From Mobula hypostoma (lineage: Eukaryota): 64,000 nucleotides of DNA. The stretch lies in contig NC_086120.1 in NCBI RefSeq assembly GCF_963921235.1, positions 8,742,001 to 8,806,000 on the forward strand, read 5' to 3'. How positions within the stretch are numbered: position 1 is the stretch's first letter; every line of letters starts with the position of its first letter. The notes beneath the pieces are model-generated. The model saw nothing but the letters and a program-made list of their open reading frames with translations, was not told the DNA's origin and ran no database searches. The translations under genes and the position numbers were made by a program. This document shows positions 50,233 to 59,559 of this stretch, one piece after another.

Positions 50233-50859
50233 GTACCTCTTCCTAGAGATGCTGCCTGGCCTGCTGCATTCACTAGCAACTTTGATGTGCGTTGCATACA
50301 TGAATGTGCTTATCAGGGTGAGGATGACATTACATATGTTATTGCCTTGGTTGTCCAAGGACTTGTGCATTGTGATCAGTCTTATTCACTCCACCTTGGA
50401 GTCCCAGATGAATCAAAGGATGGTCCAGGTCATTTCAAAACTAGAAGAATGAGGTTTGCATTTCAACAAAGGCTCTATGCAGCAGACAAACAAGAAGGAG
50501 AACAGATTCTGTTGTCCCCTGTGTCTTCCACATTCTCAGATATTTCATCTATTCATCTTTTAACAGAGTTGTCACTGGCTTCAATTAGTTGGTCTGGTGA
50601 ATTATGCAAAACTGTACTCAGAAGCTTCCCTACGGATGGCTAAATCTGTTCTTCTCCAATTGTATGAGGCTTTCCAGATTTATCAATGAGTAATGAAATG
50701 TAAAAAGCTCACAAACTATCACTCCTGTAAAGTGTTGGCAGACATGTTTAGAAGTGGTTTTCATTTGTGAAAGTTTACACGATCTGACTGAAAGAAAAAT
50801 AAGCCATCCTTCAAAACACCCACACAAAAACTGCATTACAGCTAAATGTTGTGAATTCA

Positions 50860-53800
50860 TTCATAGAACCATAGAGACAGACAAAAATCTGCAGCACAAT
50901 ACAGGCCCTTTGGCCCACAAAGCTGTGCTGAACATGCCCTTACCTTGGAAATTACCTAGAGTTATCCATAGCCCTCTACTTTTCTGAGCTCCATGTACCT
51001 GCCAAGGCATCTCTTAAAAGACCCTATCATATCCGCCTCCACCATCATCGCTGGCATCCCATTCTATGCGCTCAGCACTCACTGCATAATGACTTACCCA
51101 TGACATCTCCTCTGTACCTACTTCCAAGCACCTTAAAACTGTGACCTCTCGTGCTAGCCATTTCAGCCCTGGGGAAAAGCCTCTGACTATCCACATGATC
51201 AATGCCTCTCATCACCTTATACACCTCTATCGGGTCACCTCTCATCCTACGTTGCTCCAAGGAAAGAAGGCTGAGTTCACTCAACCTATTCTCAAAAGGC
51301 ACCCTGCCCAATCCAAACAACATCCTTGTAAATCTCCTCTGCTCCCTTTCTATGGTTTCCACATCCTTCCTGTAGTGAGACGATCAGAACTGAGCACAGT
51401 ACTCCAAGTGGGGTCTGACCAGGGTCCTTACATTACCTCTTGGCTCTTAAACTCAATCACACGACTGTTGAATGCCAATACACCGTATGCTTTCTTAACC
51501 ACAGAGTCAACCTGCGCAGCAGCTTTGAGTGTCCTTTGGACTCAGTCACCAAGATCCCTCTGATCCTCCACACTGCCAAGAGTTTTACCATTAATACTAT
51601 ATTCTGCCATCATATTTGACCTACCAAAATGAACCACCTCACTCTTATCTTAGTTGAGCTCCATCTGCCACTTCTCAGCCCAGTGTTGCATCGTATTAAT
51701 GTCTCACTGTAACTTCTGACAGTCCACCACACTATGCACAACACCTCCAAACTTAGTGTAATCAGCAAATTTATTATCCCTTCCTTCCACTTCCTCGTCC
51801 AGATCATTTATAAAAATCACGTAGAGTAGGGGTCCTGGAACAGATCCCTGAGGCACATCACTGGTCACCAATCTCCAGGCAGAATATGACCCGTCTACAA
51901 CCACTCTTTGCCATCTGTGGGAATGCCATTTCTGAATCGACAAAGCAATGCCCCATGCCTGCTTACTTCCTCAATAAGCCTGGCATGGGGTACTTTGTCA
52001 AATGCCTTGCTGAAATCCATATACACTACACCTACTGTCCTAACCTCGTCAATGTGTTTAGTCACTTCCTCAAAAAAATTCAATCAGGCTTGTCAGGCTC
52101 GACCTGCCTTTCACAAAGCCACACTGACTATTCCTAATCGTATTATGCCTCTCCAAATGTTCATAAATACTGCCTCTCAGGATCTTCTCCATCAACTAAC
52201 CAACCACTGAAGTAAGACTCACTGGTCTGTAATTTCCTGGGCTATCTCTACTCTCTTTTTGAATAATTACTTTGGTTCTGTCTTTACTAAGGAGGACATA
52301 AATAATCTTCCAGAAATAGTAAGGGACAGAGGGTCCAGTGAGATGGAGGAACTGAGTGAAATACATGTAATAGGGAAGTGGTGTTAGGTAAATTGAAGGG
52401 ATTGAAGGCAGATAAATCCCCAGGGCCAGATGGTCTGCATCCTAGAGTGCTTAAGGAAGTAGCCCAAGAAATAGTGGATGCATTAGTGATAATTTTTCAA
52501 AACTCGTTAGATTCTGGACTAGTTCCTGAGGATTGGAGGCTAATGTAACCCCACTTTTTAAAAAAGGAGGGAGAGAGAAACCGGGGAATTATAGGCCGGT
52601 TAGCCTAACGTCGGTGGTGGGGAAACTGCTGGAGTCAGTTATCAAGGATGTGATAACAGCACATTTGGAAAGCGGTGAAATGATCGGACAAAGTCAGCAT
52701 AGATTTGTGAAAGGAAAATCATGTCTGACGAATCTCATAGAATTTTTTTGAGGATGTAACTAGTAGAGTGGATAGGGGAGAACCAGTGGATGTGGTATAT
52801 TTGGATTTTCAAAAGGCTTTTGACAAGGTCCCACACAGGAGATTAGTGTGCAAACTTAAAGCACACGGTATTGGGGGTAAGGTATTGGTGTGGGTGGAGA
52901 ATTGGTTAGCAGACAGGAAGCAAAGAGTGGGAATAAACGGGACCTTTTCAGAATGGCAGGCGGTGACTAGTGGGGTACCGCAAGGCTCAGTGCTGGGACC
53001 CCAGTTGTTTACAATATATATTAATGACTTGGATGAGGGAATTAAATGCAGCATCTCCAAGTTTGCGGATGACACGAAGCTGGGTGGCAGTGTTAGCAGT
53101 GAGGAGGATGCTAAGAGGATGCAGGGTACTTGGATAGGTTGGGTGAGTAGGCAAACTCATGGCAGATGCAATTTAATGTGGATAAATGTGAAGTTATCCA
53201 CTTTGGTGGCAAAAATAGGAAAACAGATTATTATCTGAATGGTGGCCGATTAGGAAAAGGGGAGGTGCAACGAGACCTGGATGTCATTATACACCAGTCA
53301 TTGAAAGTGGGCATGCAGGTACAGCAGGCGGTGAAAAAGGCGAACGGTATGCTGGCATTTATAGCAAGAGGATTCAGTACAGGAGCAGGGAGGTACTACT
53401 GCAGTTGTACAAGGCCTTGGTGAGACCACACCTGGAGTATTGTGTGCAGTTTTGGTCCCCTAATCTGAGGAAAGACATCTTTGCCATAGAGGGAGTACAA
53501 AGAAGGTTCACCAGATTGATTCCTGGGATGGCAGGTCTTTCATATGAAGAAAGACTGGATGAACTGGGCTTGTACTCGTTGGAATTTAGAAGATTGAGGG
53601 GGGATCTGATTGAAACGTATAAGATCCTAAAGGGATTGGACAGGCTAGATCGGGAAGATTGTTCCCAATGTTGGGGAGGTCCAGAACGAGGGGTCACAGT
53701 TTGAGGATAGAGGGGAAGCCTTTTAGGACCGAGATTAGGAAAAACTTCTTCACACAGAGAGTGGTGAATCTGTGGAATTCTCTCCCACAGCAAACTGTTG

Positions 53801-54245
53801 AGGCCAGTTCATTGGCTATGTTTAAGAGGGAGTTAGATATGGCCCTTGTGGCTACAGGGGTCAGGGGGTATGGCAGGAAGGCTGGGTTCTGAGTTGGATG
53901 ATCAGCCATGATCATAATAAATGGCGGTGCAGGCTCGAAGGGCCGAATGGCCTACTCCTGCACCTATTTTCTATGTTTCTATGTTTCTATGTTTCTATGT
54001 TTCTATGTTTCTTTCTTGAATATTGGAACAACATCCACAACCCTCCAATCCTCCAGAACCACTCCCATCCCCATTGATGGTGCAAAGATCATCACCAGAG
54101 GCTCAGCAATATTTTCCCTTGCCTCCCACAGTAGCCTGGTCTGGTCCCGGTAACTTATTCAACTTGATTCTTTCCGAAAGCTCCAGCACATCTTCTTTCT
54201 TAATATCTACATGCTCAAACTTTTCAGTTTCATTTGAAAACTCTA
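50860..54245 (-). mobile_element. Old CR1 (minus) split by a young CR1-C at 52266-54011
   Basis: Minus ORFs [16 protein letters not shown] and PQGSVPGPLL; resumes after 54016 with GWRVVDVVP-like sequence. Confidence 0.72.
52266..54011 (+). mobile_element. Young 5'-truncated CR1-C
   Basis: RT motifs with a few frameshifts; (GTTTCTAT)n tail at about 53968-54011; candidate TSD TTGAATA (52259-52265 and 54016-54022). Confidence 0.9.
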
Positions 54246-55509
54246 TTTAGAAATCAGTTCGGATTGGGTAGATATGCACACCATACTTATGTTATATCAA
54301 ATGGCCAGACTGATTGATAGCTACAACTCAACTGGCCTTCTAAATTTCAAATAAAGTATCATTGTCTCTGATGAAAGTCAGATATTCAAACCCTGTTTCT
54401 CTCTCCAGCGGACACCATCACAATTGTTTCTGCTCTTTCGCTTTTGATCAATATTTAAACGCGGGAAGTTTGAAAGCAAAATTTTCTAGCAGGCCAGCTA
54501 TAAAGCTCTGGATGCCCTTTTTTGGTATTTAAAAAAAAATGAATACCCCTTTTTTCATGGAGTCTGCCATGCGCCAGTTAGAAGCATAGCATTGTGCATT
54601 TCCAGCAGGTCCCTCGGAACCGAGTATCGGAATCCGAGATTTTTATTCGATTGGAAAGAATGGATGGAGCCAGTCAGCTCCTCCAGGTCATTGTTTGGTC
54701 CTGACTCTCCCGCTTGCTGTCGTCTGGGGACGGAGGACAGCAAATTCCGGGAGGCTGTGCTGCCTGTGGCCTTTCTGTAGAACATGTCACAACCACGGGC
54801 TCTGCCGCAGGGACTGCGCGTCCTCAAAGGCGGGCTGCGGAACAGGTTCGGCAATCGTGCTCGTAAATATGGAAGTTCCCGCTAATTAGAGTTTCATTGT
54901 GATGGCAGCTTACTTCGTTCCTCTTGTTCCAGTTCTGTCGAGCCTTGAGAAATACCAGAGCAACGCCAATGGTCCCCACTTCCCATTGTCCAGGTTCCAG
55001 GTATTCTCTCCGCAATTGGTCTTTACCGGCCCGGCGCAGTCTGTCAGACAGGTTATTTTCCATCAAAATCAACTTTATTCATAACAAAAAATATTTACAA
55101 AAAATAAATGTAATGCCATTTCATTCTTACATTCATGGCCAATGCTTTCAGTTCTGTCCTTTACATTTCTTAAAGCTAATTGGGCTGTTGCCGCTCACGG
55201 GCCCCCTCGGTGATACACGGCTACAGTAATTGAGGGGCTTCCTCACCCAGTCCGGGTTCTCCCTCTCCAGTAGCGGGAGGACGCTAAACTGGGGTCATAT
55301 AGGTTAGAATTCACATTAAAATAAACGTTATTCACACTGAAAAAAACATTTACAAGAATAAACCTTTTAATTCTTACATTCATAGTCAATACTTTCCGCA
55401 CTGATCTAAATCCCTACAGCTAGAACGAATTCAAACCCTCAACTGCCAAGGTGGGTTTGAACTCCATGACTGAATGACTGAATGATGTGGGAACAGGAAG
55501 CCTGCACTG

Positions 55510-55644
55510 CTCTATCACAAACAAGATAGGATCTGCAGATGCTGGAAATCCAAGCAACACACACGAAATGCTGGAGGAACTCAGCAGGCCAGGCAGCATC
55601 TATGGAAAACAGTACTGTCGACGTTTCGGGCCAAGACCCTTCAA
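55510..55644. mobile_element. Short Penelope-related terminal-repeat insertion upstream of the Ig promoter
   Basis: CTGCAGATGCTGGAAATCCAAGCAACACAC..GTCGACGTTTCGGGCCAAGACCCTTC; 12-bp TSD AAGCCTGCACTG (55498-55509 and 55645-55656); hammerhead core truncated. Confidence 0.75.
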
Positions 55645-55886
55645 AAGCCTGCACTGTCCTGCCCTGTTGTCACTGGAGGTGTGAGGGGCATCTGTGGACC
55701 GAAGGAAGGAATCAGGGAAATGAAGGCAGAGTTTGGGAAATGTCAGACAATGAATGACTTTTTCCTTCGGAAATATTTTAACAGTTAGGTCGGTTGCTAA
55801 CAATGTCGCCGCCTCAACCCGATGGTACGTGACAGTACATGGGAGAATTTCCGATCCCCGCTCTGGTTGGTCAGTGTCAGTCACTC

Positions 55887-55928
55887 TGATTTGCATTGAT
55901 TCCCTCCCCGTTGTGAATGGCTCTATAA
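55887..55928 (+). promoter_or_regulatory. Ig light-chain promoter: octamer/decamer plus TATA-like box
   Basis: TGATTTGCAT at 55887-55896 (ATTTGCAT in light-chain orientation) and TATAA at 55924-55928, about 113 and 80 bp upstream of the ATG at 56009. Confidence 0.88.
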
Positions 55929-56008
55929 CTGGGCTCCATTGGCACCGGCGGCCAGTCACTCACAGATCCACCGACAGAAAGGAGGCAGGAAGCTGACGGG
56001 CAGCAACG

Positions 56009-56054
56009 ATGCGGACGCTGTGCTTTTTCTGGTCTCTGGCAGTGTGGCTGGGTT
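56009..56054 (+). CDS. Ig light-chain leader exon (L-PART1)
   Basis: MRTLCFFWSLAVWLG plus 1 nt, then donor GTAAGT at 56055; hydrophobic signal peptide; phase-1 intron of 84 bp. Confidence 0.9.
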
Positions 56055-56138
56055 GTAAGTACAGGCAGTGGTTGCTGAGGTGGGTCTTGGGGCCATATTA
56101 AAGAGTCAATGTTAAAGTTGAATTCCTGTCTTTCACAG

Positions 56139-56499
56139 CTGGAGAGTCCCAGACTCTGACTCAGCCTCCGACCGTGTCGGTGAGTCCAGGAGCCACGGCC
56201 ACACTGAATTGTGATATCGGATCAAAGGCTAGCTATGAAGTTGGTTGGTACAAGCAGACACCGGGAACAGTTCCACAATGGATCCTGTACTACTATCAAT
56301 CGAGCAGCCCCGACCTACGGCCCTGGGTTTAGCAGCGACCGTTTCACGTCGACATCCAACAGCGCCGGCACCGTTTACCAGTTAATCATAAAAAACGTGG
56401 AGACGAATGACGCTGCCGTCTATTACTGCGCAACGACATTTTCCGCGGGTGGTAGCTACTCGGGGGTGTTCGGCCCAGGGACCAAGCTCTTTGTTACAG
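56139..56499 (+). CDS. Germline-joined Ig light-chain VJ exon, sigma family (probably type I/sigma-cart, NS5-like); frameshifted as given, so possibly a pseudogene
   Basis: Acceptor TTTCACAG at 56138. First frame: SGESQTLTQPPTVSVSPGATATLNC(56210)DIGSKASYEVGW(56246)YKQTPGTVPQWILYYYQS. After a frameshift: PTYGPGFSSDRFTSTSNSAGTVYQLIIKNVETNDAAVYYC(56427)ATTFSAGGSYSGV-FGPGTKLFVT, then donor GTAAGT at 56500. No RSS between V and J. The isotype call rests on recalled motifs (long CDR2, FSSDRFTS) and is about 0.6 confident. Confidence 0.92.
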
Positions 56500-56714
56500 G
56501 TAAGTGTCCGATAAATACGTCCTGCGGTGACCACGGCAAAAATACCCGTCAATTAACAAGTTATAAGTTATAATTCCATAGCGAATTTTACAATGAAAAT
56601 GTTAATTTACAATCTAAAACAACAGGAATTCTGCAGATGCTGGAAATACAAGCAACACACATAAAAGTTGCTGGTGAACGCAGCAGGCCAGGCAGCATCT
56701 CTAGGAAGAGGTGC

Positions 56715-56750
56715 AGTCGACGTTTCAGGCCGAGACCCTTCGTCAGGACT
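56715..56750 (-). ncRNA. Minimal type I hammerhead ribozyme motif, antisense to the Ig transcript, consensus-like
   Basis: Minus strand AGTC-CTGACGA-AGGGTCTCGGCCT-GAAAC-GTC-GACT. Confidence 0.72.
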
Positions 56751-57028
56751 AATTGAAGGAAGAATGACGAAGGGATTTGAAAGTTGGAGGGGGAGGGAGA
56801 GATCCAAAATGATAGGAGAAGACAGAATACACCCCTTCCCATCCTCAGGGTCCCCCCCGCCCTTGTCTTTCTTCCCGGACCTCCTGTCCCATGATCCTCT
56901 CGTATCCCTTTTGCCTATCACCTATCCAGCTCTTGGCTCCATCCCTCCCCCTCCTGTCTTCTCCTATCATTTTGGATCTCCCCCTCCCCCTCCAACTTTC
57001 AAATCCCTTGCTCACTCTTCCTTCAGTT

Positions 57029-57064
57029 AGTCCTGACGAAGAGTCTCGGCCTGAAATGTCGACT
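57029..57064 (+). ncRNA. Minimal type I hammerhead ribozyme motif, sense to the Ig pre-mRNA, two substitutions
   Basis: AGTC-CTGACGA-AGAGTCTCGGCCT-GAAAT-GTC-GACT; G>A at 57042 (stem II) and C>T at 57057 (stem III) relative to the other copies. Confidence 0.62.
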
Positions 57065-58126
57065 GCACCTCTTCCTAGAGATGCTGCCTGGCCAATTTAC
57101 AATCTAATCGTGTTCGTGTCCAGCGTCAGTTTTACTCGATAGAGTTGGGTTCAGAGAATTGCTTCCGTATTTTAATGAAGCATATCTCTTTTCGGTTGTG
57201 TTTTCGGACAAACCATGATTCGGACAAACTTTCTGTTCATTCGTGTTACTTCAGCTCCAGTTTTAATTTGTCTGTTGTTGTGTTGGTTTAATTGGAACGA
57301 ACGTGAAGGGATCCATCTTCCTAAAGTGTGGCCAAAGTTGTCAGTGGGGACAGGGCTTGACCGGCAAATGAGAGCCTGTAGTTGTGAACACAGCCCAACG
57401 ACAAGTTTCCATTTATTAATTCGAACATTCCAGCGAAACGTCCTGCCCTCCCAGTGAGGGTGGAACTCTCCTCCAGCACCCATCCCTTAAAAGACCCTGT
57501 CCCACTGCCCAGTCCTTGCCTTCTCTCTCCTGCCACCGATTCACGTGAGAGCTGCTCCTTCCCAGGAACCGTTGCTCATCGATCTCGGTCACTACACCGA
57601 CTATGGCCGGTGCTCCGATTCTGCGGAGAATCCAGCCTCCCGTCCCCCATGTGAGTGGGAACCGAATCGTTCGACATTATCACAGATCACAGAGCGGTCT
57701 TACCCTGACCTGCTCCATGGAGCTCAGGACCACGCATTTAGTGCCCTCGCCCACTGGGGCAGAGCAGATTGTAACATATATATTCTCATTAATGATGGGC
57801 GGGAGGGCCGGAGGGAAGAGGAGGAATGTGTCACTGATGGCACCGAGAGTGGACACATTAAACTACGCTGGGGCGCTTTGATGCCAGTGTGTCTCTCAAC
57901 TCCGGGAATGACTCAGAGACTAACAGCCTCACCGGTTGCAGTAGATTTCTAGTTTTTCCGTGTTGACCTTCATGCACCGTCCTCCATGGGCACTGCCTTG
58001 TCCCTTGGTGAGACTCTGGGCTCAACTCAGTAAAGCTGAAACCTTTTAATTACGCTTCTGTCAAACCGCGAACTGACGAGAGCTCCTCTGTGACTTGAAA
58101 CACGTTTTCTCTTGTTCCCGTTGCAG

Positions 58127-58449
58127 ATCGGCAGCTCCCGGACCCTTCAGTGAAACTGCTTGGGCCGTCAGCCGAGGAGATCTCCGCTAAAGGATCGGGC
58201 ACCTTAGTTTGCCTGGTCAGTAAATTGTCGATCGGTTTCCCTGTCGTCAGCTGGACAGTGAACGACAGTCCGACGAGCAGTGAGGTGCAAACCAGCGGGG
58301 TGACTCAGAACGCGGACAAAACCTTCAGTCTCAGCAGCTACCTGACGGTGCCCGGCGCAGACTGGAGCAGTGGGAAGAGGTACTCCTGCTCAGTTCAACA
58401 AGGAGCAGCCTCGACAATATCCGCCACAGTCACACAATCCAGCTGTTAA
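58127..58449 (+). CDS. Ig light-chain constant (C1-set) exon, intact
   Basis: Polypyrimidine acceptor TTGCAG at 58126; (D)RQLPDPSVKLLGPSAEEISAKGSGTLVCLVSKLSIGFPVVSWTVNDS..FSLSSYLTVPGADWSSGKRYSCSVQQG..QSSC-stop. Cys-Trp-Cys core plus the C-terminal interchain Cys; phase matches the J donor. Confidence 0.95.
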
Positions 58450-58730
58450 ACAGAGCGCGGCTTCGGCCTTGTTTGTTCCCGATTAACGGGAGATCATGGC
58501 CTTGTATCTTTCACCTCTACCTCGCTCACTCGCTCTTCACTGTACTTCCCTTCTGTTCCGCTCTCTGTAGTTTCCACTGTGGTGTTGGAATATTTGTACC
58601 CGAGGCTGATTTTGATCTTGTTCCGACTGAGAGGGTACACAGTGTTAAAGCGGACAGTTGCTTGACTTCTGGACATTTCAGGCGGTATTTGGTTTTCTCT
58701 TGCATCGGTGTTGGATTAGTTTGAATGATT

Positions 58731-58793
58731 AATAAATGTTTTGTGATTCGTCATCATGATCAGACTGACCGACGGTTATTAATTACCAATAAA
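58731..58793 (+). terminator. Polyadenylation signals of the Ig light-chain gene
   Basis: AATAAA at 58731-58736 followed by GT-rich TGTTTTGTG; second AATAAA at 58788-58793. Confidence 0.75.
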
Positions 58794-59559
58794 TATGATC
58801 AGTGCAGGAACGACTCCCAAGTGTGCGTTTAATCATCTTTCTTGGTTTTCCAATTCTGACATTGAGTGGGAAGAGGGAAGAGGGTGGGGATTCGTCTCTC
58901 GGCTCTGGTTCGTGACCTGGCTTGGTGAACTTTAGGAAATCGGTGCGGCAGCCTAGGACACCGAATATCAGCAAAGAAGGAAAGGAAGTTCCATTGCTGA
59001 GAATCGGGGACAGGGTGGTGGGTTGACTGTAAGGCTGTGGTGTAAAAGAAAAACGAAACAGTTGGATTTGGGAAGGTTAATAAAGGAAATGAACATAATC
59101 GTGGTTGCAAATTTCTAGGCTCCTGGGCAGCGTTGCCAGAGAGAGGAATAAATTGTAGTTACGTTCTGAGCTAATGAGGTTTCGCCAGAAGTGACCAATA
59201 TTGACACAAACTAGAAAGTCTGGCTATCTGAAATGGTTGGGTCACAAGGGATGAAAATTGCCCAGTCAGAAGTTTAAACCTGTTCCTCGACTACCTATTG
59301 GGTGACAGGGTGCGGATGCAAGAGTCCAGAGACAGAATAGTTGGATTTGTTTCACATTAGTTCCTGATCCCACTTCTCCTACTGTCTCAGCCGCACTCTC
59401 GTCCTCTCTCTTCTCCTTCCTACCCCCAACAAATGCTTCCTAGGCTGAACTCTCAACCTCTCTCCATTTACAGCACGACTGCATTTATTTCCCGAACCCC
59501 ATTCCTACTTTCATCCATCCTTACCCTCCCCACCAGCTCGCTATTTTAAAGGAGATTAA

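Larger units (their letters stand above)
48557..50297. mobile_element. Foldback Penelope insertion: two GIY-YIG/terminal-repeat fragments in inverted orientation
   Basis: GIY-YIG frame on minus (48989-49474) and on plus (49621-49887); junction near 49440-49460; 10-bp TSD ACATGAATGT (48547-48556 and 50298-50307). Confidence 0.88.
56618..57093. mobile_element. Penelope-derived foldback insertion in the J-C intron
   Basis: 14-bp TSD AATTTACAATCTAA (56604-56617 and 57094-57107); inverted arms of about 140 bp at 56686-56825 and 56954-57093. Confidence 0.9.

Noticed and set aside
55841-55852. GGGAGAATTTCC as a kappaB site in the Ig promoter
   Set aside because: The spacing does not fit the 10-bp GGGRNWYYCC consensus.
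56211-56573. The 120-aa ORF in the track taken as a stand-alone protein
   Set aside because: Its N-terminal part is the wrong frame of FR1-FR2 and its tail reads into the intron; only the FR3-J part is real.
56009-58449. The Ig gene as a processed retrocopy of a rearranged mRNA
   Set aside because: Both introns, the upstream octamer/TATA promoter and genomic 3' flank are retained, with no polyA tract or TSD.
58575-58676. CACTGTG and CACAGTG heptamers in the Ig 3' UTR
   Set aside because: No nonamer at 12 or 23 bp spacing; chance matches.
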